Under the pieces are notes generated by a model that did no database searches, had not been told where the DNA came from, and saw nothing but the letters and a program-made list of their open reading frames with translations. Below are positions 23,769 through 32,000 of a DNA stretch of 32,000 nt, one piece after another (positions within the stretch are counted from its first letter, which is position 1; each line of letters starts with the position of its first letter). The DNA is from Methylorubrum extorquens (GTDB taxonomy: Bacteria > Pseudomonadota > Alphaproteobacteria > Rhizobiales > Beijerinckiaceae). The stretch lies in the NCBI GenBank assembly GCA_900234795.1, contig LT962688.1, forward strand, positions 600,001-632,000, read 5' to 3'. Made by a program: the position numbers and the translations under genes.

Positions 23769-24109
23769 GGGCGCTTTCCGCCGAAGCGGCACCGTTCCGG
23801 ATCGGGAAACGCATCGAAACAGGGATCGACGCGGTTTCCCGCCGATGTCGTCGCGCGCCTCCACGCGGCGATCCGCCGAGAGCAGCAGCTTCTAGCGCTC
23901 AGCGTAAACCGACCGTCCGATCAAGCCGCCGCGAGATCGATCCGGCGCCGTTCCGAGTGGTCACGAAGTCGCGCGCACGCCTCACAGCCTGAAAGACGCC
24001 ATAAACCAAGACTCCACGGAGTGTTGGCCCGCACGGGATCGACGGGGCACGAGTTCGGCTTTCCCGACACCCGGACCAGACCGAGACGACGTTCCATGGA
24101 AGTGCCGGA

Positions 24110-25480
24110 ATGCTGAACTTCCTCTTGGTCGTCGCGGTGGCGGTCTGGTTCGTGCTGCTCTACCCGCTGGCGCGCCACCGACTCGAGACCCGGATGGGGC
24201 CGCTGAACGGTCCGCTGGCGGTCCCGTTCGCCCTGACGACGATCTTCGCGCTGCTGCCGCTGGTCTTCAACGTCCCGCGGGATGACGGCAACGCCGTGCT
24301 GGAGCAGGGGCTGACGGCCTCCAACCTCGCGCTCATCGTCATGACCGGGCTGACCGGGCTCTATCTCATCGCCCGGATCGCGGTGGACCGGCGCGTCCTG
24401 CTGGTGGCGTTCTCGATGCCGTACCTGCCGTTCACGCTGATGATCCTCGTGAACGGCCTCAGCACCGCGTGGTCGATCGTGCCGAGCTACACCGTCTATC
24501 GGACCGTGGAGCTTGCGATCTTCACGCTCACCTCAATCCTGATCTTCGACCGCAGCGATATCGAGCGGCGGCTGGCCAACCTCTTCGCGCTGTTCACCGT
24601 CGCGTGGCTGGTCGCCACGACACCGATCATCCTCGACAATCTGGCGCATGGGGTCGTGTTCTCGTCGGCCAAGCACAACCTGATGCCATATCTCTGCGCC
24701 GCGCACGCCTTCCTCGTCATCTTCGACGACCGCATCCCGCACCGGCGCGCCCATCTCCTGCTTGCCTTCGTCGGCTTCGTCATCGCGGGCTCGGCCGCGA
24801 GCACCGCCTCGCTCATCGCGGCAGCCCCCGGCCTGATGGTGGCGTCACGCCACCGCCGCCTACGCCTCCTCGGCTACACGGCCTTCACCGTCTACCTGAT
24901 CGTGTTCGTGGTGCTGATGGTCGGCCTGTCGGCCTTCCCCGCCCTGCTCGACGTGGTCTCGGTCGTGCTGCAGAAGCCCCCGGAAGAGCTGGCCGACGCC
25001 ACCGGGCGCGGCACCTTCTGGCCGGTCTTCATCGAGGCGACCAAGGACCGCTTCGTCGGCGCCGGCTACGCGGCGGGAGACCGCTTCATCCAGCTCCTCA
25101 TTCCCACCACGGCTTTGGCGGAGACGCTGGCACGCGACGCCGTGTTCATCTCCAGCTCGCACAACATGGTGCTGAGCGCCTGGGCCGGCACCGGCCTGAT
25201 CGGGCTCGGCCTCTGCGCGATGGTGCTGGGGACCGCCCTGCGCTGGGGGATGAAGCTCGACCGTCCCGGACGCCGCCTCGTCGCTACCTGCGTGTTCTTC
25301 CTGATCCTCAACGGCATGACGACGCCGGGCATCTTTCAGGACTGGAACATCAACGTCCTCACCTTCGTGGGTCTGTTGGCCTATGCCCGCATCGGCGCCC
25401 TACGTCGCGCGCCGGTGGGCGCGGCCACCCCCGTTCCGGCGGCCACCGCCTTCGGTCTCCCGGTTGCGGCGTCCGCGTGA
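24110..25480 (+). CDS. Wzy/O-antigen-ligase-like polysaccharide polymerase (second copy in the window)
   Basis: 456 aa and polytopic. Wzy_C-like region GSAASTASLIAA...GRGTFWPVFIEATKDRFVGAGYAAG...SSSHNMVLSAWAGTGLIGL. Confidence 0.7.
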   Translation: MLNFLLVVAVAVWFVLLYPLARHRLETRMGPLNGPLAVPFALTTIFALLPLVFNVPRDDGNAVLEQGLTASNLALIVMTGLTGLYLIARIAVDRRVLLVAFSMPYLPFTLMILVNGLSTAWSIVPSYTVYRTVELAIFTLTSILIFDRSDIERRLANLFALFTVAWLVATTPIILDNLAHGVVFSSAKHNLMPYLCAAHAFLVIFDDRIPHRRAHLLLAFVGFVIAGSAASTASLIAAAPGLMVASRHRRLRLLGYTAFTVYLIVFVVLMVGLSAFPALLDVVSVVLQKPPEELADATGRGTFWPVFIEATKDRFVGAGYAAGDRFIQLLIPTTALAETLARDAVFISSSHNMVLSAWAGTGLIGLGLCAMVLGTALRWGMKLDRPGRRLVATCVFFLILNGMTTPGIFQDWNINVLTFVGLLAYARIGALRRAPVGAATPVPAATAFGLPVAASA

Positions 25481-25658
25481 TGCGCATCCTGGCGCACATC
25501 TTGAAGTGTGAGACCCAAACGACCTTCGGCCCGCGGCCGCTGTCCCGAAACGAGAAGGATCGTCCCCGGACGACCCACTCGGGGACGGAAATGGCGGACC
25601 GGATCGGTTGCTGCGGGCTGACGAGGCCCGCAGGCGCGTATTGTTCGAGAGTTTCGCG

Positions 25659-27782
25659 ATGACGATGATCGAGCGGATGCCTTCGCGGTTCTTCGTCGGC
25701 GCCGAGCCGGGCAAGCCGGACGTGACGCCTGAACCCTGGTTCCTCGAACCGCGTGAGATCGGACGGGCCCTGCGCGCGCGCTGGGCGCTCGTGCTGGCCC
25801 CGGCTGTGCTCCTCTTGGTGGCGGCGGTGGCGTGGCTCGCGCTGGTGCCGCCGCTCTACGCCGCCGTGACGCAGATCCTGATCGACCCGCGCGGCATCCA
25901 AGTGGTCAAGGACGGCGTGACGCCCTCGGATCAGGCGAGCGATGCGAGCCTGTTCCTCGTCGACAGCCAGATCCGGGTCCTCATCTCCGACGAAGTGCTG
26001 CGGCAGGTCGTGACTCGGTTCAAGCTCGATCAAGACCCGGACTTCGTTCGTCCCGCCTCGCTGCTCGAGACGCTCAAGAGCCGCCTCTCCTCGCTGATCG
26101 TCACCGCCGGCGGCCCTGCCGATGACACGCTCACCGCCCTGCGCACGCTGCGCGATCGCACCACCGCGCGCCGCCTGGAGCGCAGCTTCGTGGTCGAGCT
26201 CGCCGTCTCCAGCGAGGAGCGCCGGAAATCCGCCGAGCTCGCCCAGGCCATCGCCGAAACCTACCTCACCACCGTCTCGCAGGCGCAGGCGCAGGTCACC
26301 CGCAAGGCCGGCGAGGCGGTGTCGAGCCGCCTCGGCGAGTTGCAGGACGACCTCCGGCAGGCCGAGGACAAGGCGCAGAAGTTCCGCGCCGCCAACAACC
26401 TCGTCGGCACCCGCGGCCAGCTCGTCAGCGAGCAGGCGCTGACCCAGCTCAACCAGCAGCTCGGCGCGGCGCGTGCCCGGGCCGGCGAACTGCGCGGGCG
26501 GCTCGCCCAGATCGAAGCGGTCGCCAACGGGCGGGCCGACCTCAACTCGGTGACCGAAATCGTCCAGTCCACGACGGTCGCGCAATTGCGCGCCCAGCTC
26601 GCCCAGATCGAGGCGGCCCGGGCCGACACCCTGTCCAACCTCGGCCCCCGTCACCCCACCCTGCGCACCGGCGAGCTGCAGGTGCAGACCCTGCGCAACG
26701 ACATCAACGCCGAGATCCGCCGCATCGCCGCGGCCACGCGCAACGACTACCGGTCGGCCTTGTCCAACGAGGCCTCGCTCGCCGCCACCCTGGAGAGCCG
26801 CAAGAAGGAGGCTCTGTCCGTCGACAAGAGCTTCGTGCGCCTGCGCGAACTGGAGCGGCAGGTCGAAGCGAGCCGCGCGGTCTACGAGGCCTTCCTCGTC
26901 CGCGCCCGCGAGCTTCAGGAGCAGCAGCGCCTCGACACCTCGACCTCGCGCGTCATCTCGCCCGCCTCGCTGCCGGAGCGCCGGCTCGGGCCGCCGATCC
27001 CGGCCATCTTCGCCGCGGCGCTGGCGGCCGGGCTCGGCCTCGGCACCGCGCTCGCCCTCCTCGCCGTGCCGGCCGCGGGGCGGATCGGTTCGCGCCGCCG
27101 GTTTCAGCAGCTCGCGGGGCTCCCCGTGGTCGCCGCCCTGCCGGCCAAGGTGCCGACCCGGACGCGAAGCAAGGCAGGCAGCGAATCCCTGCGCGCCGAC
27201 ACCGCCTACGACGTGGCCGTGGCCCGTCTCGGCAGCCGTCTGCAGCGCGACTTCGGCGCCACGCGGCCGACGGTGGTCCTCGTTACCTCGGCGGACGACC
27301 GGAGCGGCAAGTCGGAGCTGGCGCGCAGCCTCGCCGCCTCGGCCGCGCTCGACGGCCAGCGGGTGCTGCTCGTCGATGCCGACCCGGAGGCGATGATCTC
27401 GCGCGATCTCCGGAGCCAGGCCAAGCGCGGCGCCGCCGAGGTGCTGCGGACGCATTCGGGGCTTAGCGACGCGCTGGTCGAGGGGCCGACCGGGGTCAAG
27501 ATCCTGCCCTTCGACGACGCGGCTCTGCGCCTCGGCACCGCGGCCTATACCGGCGCGATCCTGACGGCGGCGGCCGCTTTCGACACGGTCTTCGTCGATA
27601 TCGGTCTGATCGGCACCGACATCGCCGCCGAGCGTCTCGCCCAGGACCAGCGCTTCCCGGCCCTGCTGCTGACGGCCAGCGCCGCCCGCAGCGGCACCGC
27701 CCGGCTGCGGCGGGCGCTCGACGCCCTCGGCCGCGACCCGCGGGTGCAGCTCGTCATGACCGACGCCGAGGCCGAGGGGTGA
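25659..27782 (+). CDS. GumC/ExoP-like polysaccharide co-polymerase (Wzz domain, coiled coil, degenerate BY-kinase-like P-loop domain)
   Basis: ATG 25659. TM1 plus PLYAAVTQILIDPRG, then a long periplasmic coiled coil. TM2 is PPIPAIFAAALAAGLGLGTALALLAV. C-terminal VVLVTSADDRSGKSELA...VLLVDADPE...VFVDIG. No terminal Tyr cluster. Confidence 0.75.
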   Translation: MTMIERMPSRFFVGAEPGKPDVTPEPWFLEPREIGRALRARWALVLAPAVLLLVAAVAWLALVPPLYAAVTQILIDPRGIQVVKDGVTPSDQASDASLFLVDSQIRVLISDEVLRQVVTRFKLDQDPDFVRPASLLETLKSRLSSLIVTAGGPADDTLTALRTLRDRTTARRLERSFVVELAVSSEERRKSAELAQAIAETYLTTVSQAQAQVTRKAGEAVSSRLGELQDDLRQAEDKAQKFRAANNLVGTRGQLVSEQALTQLNQQLGAARARAGELRGRLAQIEAVANGRADLNSVTEIVQSTTVAQLRAQLAQIEAARADTLSNLGPRHPTLRTGELQVQTLRNDINAEIRRIAAATRNDYRSALSNEASLAATLESRKKEALSVDKSFVRLRELERQVEASRAVYEAFLVRARELQEQQRLDTSTSRVISPASLPERRLGPPIPAIFAAALAAGLGLGTALALLAVPAAGRIGSRRRFQQLAGLPVVAALPAKVPTRTRSKAGSESLRADTAYDVAVARLGSRLQRDFGATRPTVVLVTSADDRSGKSELARSLAASAALDGQRVLLVDADPEAMISRDLRSQAKRGAAEVLRTHSGLSDALVEGPTGVKILPFDDAALRLGTAAYTGAILTAAAAFDTVFVDIGLIGTDIAAERLAQDQRFPALLLTASAARSGTARLRRALDALGRDPRVQLVMTDAEAEG

Positions 27783-29833
27783 GCCTCGGCCCGCCGCGGA
27801 GCGCGGCGGCGTTCCTCGCCGCCGTCCTCATCGGATCGCAGCTCTTCGGCTTCACCGCGGCAGTTCGGGGCGGCGAGGCGAAAGCGCCGCTGGTCCTGCG
27901 GGTTGCGCCCACCGGAGACAGAGCCCCCCGTCGCGACAACCGCTTTGCGGACCTGCCGCGGGCGCTTGCATATGTCGCCGCGCTACGCCGTCAGGGCGAG
28001 GGGCGGGCGATCGTTGTCGAGCTGGAACCCGGAACGCACCGGATCTCGGCGCCCGTCCAGATCGGCCCCGACCATGCCGGCACGGCCGAGGCGCCGCTGA
28101 TCCTGCGCGGGGCCGCCGACGGATCGAGCCGGCTCGTCGGCAGCGTGCCCCTCGCGCCCGCATCGCTGCCGCCGCGCCTGCGCGCCCGGTTGCCCGCCTC
28201 GGCCCGCGGTGCGGTGCGCGCCTACCGATTGCCCGAGGCTTTGCGCGGGGAACTCGCCTACCGCGCGCCGCGGCGCCTGCGCGAGACGCACCCGCGCGTC
28301 ACCGAGATCTTCGATGCGGGCGGTGCGTTGCGCCCGGCGCAGTGGCCGAACCCTGGGCCGAACCCTGGACCGAACTCCGGCTGGACGACGGTCGCCGCTG
28401 CCGAAGCGGGGGGCCTAGCCTTCACCCTCAAGGACGGGCCGGGCCTGCCCGATCTGTCCCTGGAGCGCGACCTGTGGGTGGAGGGCTTCTGGCGCTGGGA
28501 CTGGCTGCTGGAAACGCTTCACGTGGCGCAGCTCGATCAGCGCCGCCGCCGGCTCGAACTAGACCTACCGCCCTACGAGGGCATCCGTGACGGCGCCCGG
28601 ATGCGGCTGGTCCATGCGCTCGGTGCCCTCGATGAACCCGGTGAATGGTGGCGCGACGGCGAGAGCGGCCTGCTGCTGGCCTGGCCGTCTCCCGGCGCGG
28701 CCGACCTCGAAGTCAGCCTCGCCGAGACGCTGATCCGAGCCGATGGCGCGCGGCATCTACGCATCGAGCGGCTTCGGCTGGAGCGCGCGCGCGGCGACCT
28801 GATCGTCGTGCGGGGGGGCGAGGATATTGAGATCCGCGCGAGCGAACTGGCCTGGGCGGCGGGCCGTGCGGCGGTGTTCGAGGGTGTGACCGGGGGCGGC
28901 GTCTCCGGCAGCGCGATCCATGATATCGGCGCGAGCGCGGTCCGCCTCGTCGGCGGCGACCGCGCCACGCTCCGGCGGGGCGGGCTGTTTGTGCGCGACA
29001 CCCGCTTCACCCGCTTCTCGCGGCTGAGCCAGACCCAGAGTTCCGCGATCGAACTCGACGGCGTCGGCGCGGAGGCGAGCGGAAACCTCATCACCGACGC
29101 GATCGGCTACGCCATCTACCTGCGCGGCAACGACCACGTGTTTCGCGGCAACGAGGTCGCCCGCCTGATCCACGGCCTGAGCGATACCGGCGCGATCTAT
29201 GCCGGACGCGACTTCACCGCCCGCGGCTCGATCATCGAGGACAACTACGTCCACGACATCCGCACCGTGCCTGGCATGGAGGTGAAGGGCGTCTATCTCG
29301 ACGACATGGCGAGCGGCTTCACCATCCGCCGCAACCTGTTCGTCGATGTGCAGCAGCCGGTCTTCATCGGCGGCGGCAACGACAACACGATCACCCGCAA
29401 CGTCTTCGTCGCGTCGAGCCCGATGGTCGCCCTCGATGCGCGGGGTCTGACGTGGATGAAGTCATCGCTGAACGAGGCGGATTCGGAGTTCCGGGCCGCC
29501 TTCGCCGCGATGCCGCTCGACGCCCCGCCCTGGCGGATGCGCTACCCCAAGCTTGCGGAGGCGCTGACCGACGAGCCGGGCGTGGCTCGCAACAACCAGA
29601 TCGTCGACAATGTGAGCATCGGCAGCGACGACCTCGCACTCACCGACAAGGCGGAGGCGGGCCGGCAGATCATCCTGTTCAACACCCGCCTCAACGGCCC
29701 GGTCCCGAATCCGGGCGACCTCGAGGCGCTGGCCCACTTCACCGCCGAGCACGGCATCACGCTTCGCCTCGACCCGTCGAAGATGCGGCGGGATGGGTTA
29801 CCGGCCTCGCCGTTCACGGACGCGCGGCGCTGA
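27779..29833 (+). CDS. Secreted right-handed parallel beta-helix repeat protein (candidate glycanase, lyase or epimerase)
   Basis: The GTG start overlaps the upstream stop as GTGA. Signal-like MSLGPPRSAAAFLAAVLIGSQLFGFTAAVRG. Beta-helix repeats include NLITDAIGYAIYLRGNDHVFRGNEV...GSIIEDNYVHDI...FTIRRNLFVDV...NTITRNVFV. Confidence 0.7.
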   Translation: MSLGPPRSAAAFLAAVLIGSQLFGFTAAVRGGEAKAPLVLRVAPTGDRAPRRDNRFADLPRALAYVAALRRQGEGRAIVVELEPGTHRISAPVQIGPDHAGTAEAPLILRGAADGSSRLVGSVPLAPASLPPRLRARLPASARGAVRAYRLPEALRGELAYRAPRRLRETHPRVTEIFDAGGALRPAQWPNPGPNPGPNSGWTTVAAAEAGGLAFTLKDGPGLPDLSLERDLWVEGFWRWDWLLETLHVAQLDQRRRRLELDLPPYEGIRDGARMRLVHALGALDEPGEWWRDGESGLLLAWPSPGAADLEVSLAETLIRADGARHLRIERLRLERARGDLIVVRGGEDIEIRASELAWAAGRAAVFEGVTGGGVSGSAIHDIGASAVRLVGGDRATLRRGGLFVRDTRFTRFSRLSQTQSSAIELDGVGAEASGNLITDAIGYAIYLRGNDHVFRGNEVARLIHGLSDTGAIYAGRDFTARGSIIEDNYVHDIRTVPGMEVKGVYLDDMASGFTIRRNLFVDVQQPVFIGGGNDNTITRNVFVASSPMVALDARGLTWMKSSLNEADSEFRAAFAAMPLDAPPWRMRYPKLAEALTDEPGVARNNQIVDNVSIGSDDLALTDKAEAGRQIILFNTRLNGPVPNPGDLEALAHFTAEHGITLRLDPSKMRRDGLPASPFTDARR
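28346..28381 (+). repeat. Imperfect 12-bp tandem repeat x3 encoding PNPG-PNPG-PNSG inside the beta-helix gene
   Basis: ccgaaccctggg / ccgaaccctgga / ccgaactccggc, read directly. Confidence 0.8.
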
Positions 29834-29870
29834 CCGCTTGACCAAGCGGCACTGAGGCCGACCTGCGGCC
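29834..29870. terminator. Two short GC hairpins between convergent genes
   Basis: ccgctt-gacc-aagcgg (29834-29849) starts directly after the TGA at 29831-29833. ggccg-acctg-cggcc is at 29856-29870. Confidence 0.4.
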
Positions 29871-29953
29871 GGCTCTCCCCGTGCGCCCGGCTGTTGGGGG
29901 GCAATTGGCGAGGAGCCACATCATCGCCGATCGGGATCACGACCGCGGACGTT

Positions 29954-30496
29954 TCACGCAGCCTTGGACGGCACCTCGGTGAGGGTCGAGAACTCGCTGA
30001 CGATGGCCTCGTGCACCTGCTTCAGCCAATCCTCGGCGATCCGCGCGCGCTCCTCGGCAGCCTCGGCCCGCTCTTCCGCCGCGCGGATGCGCTGCTCGGC
30101 CTGAGCCTGCACGTTGGCCGCCTTGGTCTCCGCGGCCCGGACCCGCTCGCTGGCGAGTTTCACGTCGTCACGAACGCGTTCCAGCAGTTCGTGCACGCGC
30201 TGCTCCTGCTCCTGAGCTTGCGCCTCGACTTCGCGCGTCCGCTGGGCGGCGGCCCGCACGCGGTCGATCAGGTTCGCCCAATCCTGAGAGGAGGAGGGCG
30301 ACGCCACCACCACGGAGGCGTTCGCATCGGCATCCGATTGGACGAGACGCAGAATACTCGTCAGGCTATCGGCCTGCTTCGGAGCATCGTGAGAAGCGGC
30401 AGTCATCTCTTGAGACTCAGCGTGATCAAGATCAAGTGGACGCTCCCAGCGCATTTTCTTGATTATGTCCATTATGAAACGCTTCCAGCGAGACAT
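29954..30496 (-). CDS. Hypothetical coiled-coil protein (A/E/R/Q-rich heptad region). Start uncertain.
   Basis: The C-terminal 120 aa is coiled-coil-like (REVEAQAQEQEQRVHELLERVRDDVKLASERVRAAETKAANVQAQAEQRIRAAEERAEAAEERARIAEDWLKQV). Candidate ATGs are at 30496, 30472, 30454 and 30406. The 5' end uses rare AT-rich codons (ATA x2, AAA, CTT). Confidence 0.5.
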   Translation of the reverse strand: MSRWKRFIMDIIKKMRWERPLDLDHAESQEMTAASHDAPKQADSLTSILRLVQSDADANASVVVASPSSSQDWANLIDRVRAAAQRTREVEAQAQEQEQRVHELLERVRDDVKLASERVRAAETKAANVQAQAEQRIRAAEERAEAAEERARIAEDWLKQVHEAIVSEFSTLTEVPSKAA

Positions 30497-30499
30497 GGA

Positions 30500-30760
30500 T
30501 GCCAGGCGGACACAAGCGGGCGATGAATGATCCGCAAAACCACAATCGTTCGAAATAAACAGCCGAAGCAAGTCAAATTTTTAAGGACGATATTGCCGAT
30601 TTTGTCTTCCATTAAGATGTTGTAAAAATATCACTAATAGGGCCGATGTATTCTCAATTTGCTATAGAATGTTAATTGCTTTCCTGCGAGACGCTTGGCA
30701 GTTCGATAGAGGTGAGTCGTAGCCTTTACGGACTATCGACCAAGGCTTGTCCCTGAGCTG
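30500..30760. promoter_or_regulatory. Strongly AT-rich island (59/160 = 37% G+C over 30541-30700 by hand count). Promoter region of the coiled-coil gene and 3' flank of the GT4 gene.
   Basis: Composition was counted directly. A/T tracts such as aaatttttaagg, tgtaaaaatatcactaatag and gctatagaatgttaattgc are present. Confidence 0.5.
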
Positions 30761-30902
30761 GCTGGATAGATCGAGTATCTGCGCTCCCGCCGTCGAATGT
30801 AGCCTCCGCTCGGAGCGGCTGCAGAACGCCTCCCTTCCGTCCTGCGCCGTGACCAAGTCTGCATACAACTTCGCATTGCGTGCTCCAGGCCGGAGGGCAC
30901 GG

Positions 30903-32000
30903 TCAGGTGCGCTCCGCCAGAAGGGGCTCGAGGGCATCGAGATATCCCGCGACGGCCGCCTCCACCGTGAAATGCGGGAGCGCGCGCTCGGCCGCCCGGC
31001 GCAGGTCCCGGCGGCGGCCCTCATCGTCGAGGAGCCGCAGGGTCGCATCGACCCAATCCACCACCGCCATCGGCCGCACCTCGCCACAGCCATAGGTTTC
31101 GAGGAGACTACGGGCCGCGCCGGAATGGGGTGAGGCGAGCACCGGCGTCCCGCTCTGGAGCGCCTCCTGCACGACGATTCCCCACACGTCGCCGCGGCTC
31201 GTAAACAGGAAGAGTCGGGCCGAGGCGTAGACCGCGGGCAGCGCCTCCTGGCCCAGGAAGCCATCGAAGCGGGCGGAGATTCCCGCCTGCGCGAACCGCG
31301 CCTCCATCTCCCCCCGCAGCGGGCCGTCCCCGGCGACCCGGACCGACAGGCGCCGGCCGCGGGCACAGCAGCCGAGCACCACGTCGGTGAAGAAGCGTGC
31401 GCCCTTCACCTCCTCGTTCAGCATGCCGCAGAACAGGAGGTCGTAGGGCCGTTCGGAGTCGGGCGGGGGCGGGGCGGGCGGCGTCCAGGCCGGAAAGAGC
31501 GGGCTCAGGACGAAGTTCCGAGCCGGCAAGCCGTAGCGGGCCAGCACGGCGCCGCTGCCCTCGCTCGGTCCGATCCCGGCGGCAGCCCCCGCGACGATGG
31601 CACGGCGCAGCCAGCGATGCGGGGCCGAGCGCTCGCCGGGATCGGTCTCGGGCACCCCGTCGGTGCGGATCAGGGTGGGGATGCGCCGCAGGCGCGCGGC
31701 GCCGGCCGCCAACAGCATGGTCGGCGAGAAGTCGTTGAGCACCACCGCCGCCGGATGGAGGGCGGCGAGCCGCGGCACCACCGCCGGGTTGACGTAGAGG
31801 TTGCGGATCGAGGAGCGGTGCCAGCGCAGGCCCGGCAGCACGGCATGCCGGTAGAGGCGCGGCGGCGGCATCACCCATTGCCGTGCGCTCTCGCGCGGCG
31901 TGCAGGACAGGACGTGCAGGGCCCGGCCGTCTCGGCCGGCGAGCCGTTCCGCCAGATGCTCGTAGAGAACATGCGTGTAGGGCGCGAGCGCCCCGGTCAC
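30903..32000 (-). CDS. GT4-family (GT-B fold) glycosyltransferase. The 5' end lies beyond the window.
   Basis: C-terminal Glycos_transf_1 signature: RVAGDGPLRGEM...GFLGQEALPAVYASARLFLFTSRGDVWGIVVQEALQSGTPVLASPHSGA. The open frame continues to position 32000. Confidence 0.8.
   Translation of the reverse strand: MTGALAPYTHVLYEHLAERLAGRDGRALHVLSCTPRESARQWVMPPPRLYRHAVLPGLRWHRSSIRNLYVNPAVVPRLAALHPAAVVLNDFSPTMLLAAGAARLRRIPTLIRTDGVPETDPGERSAPHRWLRRAIVAGAAAGIGPSEGSGAVLARYGLPARNFVLSPLFPAWTPPAPPPPDSERPYDLLFCGMLNEEVKGARFFTDVVLGCCARGRRLSVRVAGDGPLRGEMEARFAQAGISARFDGFLGQEALPAVYASARLFLFTSRGDVWGIVVQEALQSGTPVLASPHSGAARSLLETYGCGEVRPMAVVDWVDATLRLLDDEGRRRDLRRAAERALPHFTVEAAVAGYLDALEPLLAERT

Noticed and set aside
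25359-27455. 698-aa minus-strand ORF antisense to the GumC/ExoP-like gene
   Set aside because: Arg/Gly/Glu/Ala-rich with no TM segments or P-loop. The sense frame shows a Wzz domain, a coiled coil, a second TM and a P-loop.
30662-31366. 234-aa minus-strand ORF overlapping the 3' part of the GT4 gene and extending into the AT-rich spacer
   Set aside because: It is an alternative frame of the GT4 gene. The GT4 frame carries the EX7E-type signature. The part outside GT4 lies in non-coding AT-rich DNA, and the translation is Arg/Ser/Ala-rich.

Overview
High-GC window (roughly 70% G+C by eye) from an alphaproteobacterial-type chromosome. The protein flavour suggests a Methylobacterium/Bradyrhizobium-like organism, but that is inference only. 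I found no tRNA, rRNA, CRISPR array, transposase or integrase.

Gene content, left to right:
- (1) An 18-bp perfect tandem repeat at the window edge, followed by a YgiQ-type radical-SAM gene.
- (2) A first polysaccharide module at 2.2-7.0 kb. It holds a GT-A glycosyltransferase, a Wzy/O-antigen-ligase-like polymerase fused to a right-handed beta-helix domain, and a divergent Wzx-like flippase.
- (3) A block of metabolic genes at 7.1-16.4 kb:
  - a FATP-type acyl-CoA synthetase;
  - metA and metY, each carrying a frameshift in a poly-G run;
  - a cupin;
  - a class-IV aminotransferase;
  - a small secreted RG/YG-repeat protein;
  - a ThDP enzyme;
  - a flavin reductase.
- (4) The most interesting part, at 16.5-23.8 kb: a co-directional carrier-protein cassette. 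Gene order is carrier protein 1, an ACAD-fold flavoenzyme, a tRNA-synthetase-like amino acid:[carrier protein] ligase, an HSL-type hydrolase, carrier protein 2, an adenylate-forming ligase, an SDR and a GNAT-like protein. There is no ketosynthase, condensation domain or thioesterase.
- (5) A second polysaccharide module at 24.1-32.0 kb. It holds a Wzy-like polymerase, a GumC/ExoP-like co-polymerase with a degenerate P-loop, a secreted beta-helix protein, a coiled-coil protein and a partial GT4.

Other structure: three AT-rich islands (about 37-44% G+C by hand count) punctuate the accessory part. A ~100-nt intergenic element occurs twice, with conserved flanks around a central hairpin whose sequence differs between copies.

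Many long antisense or alternative-frame ORFs in the track are high-GC artefacts and were rejected.
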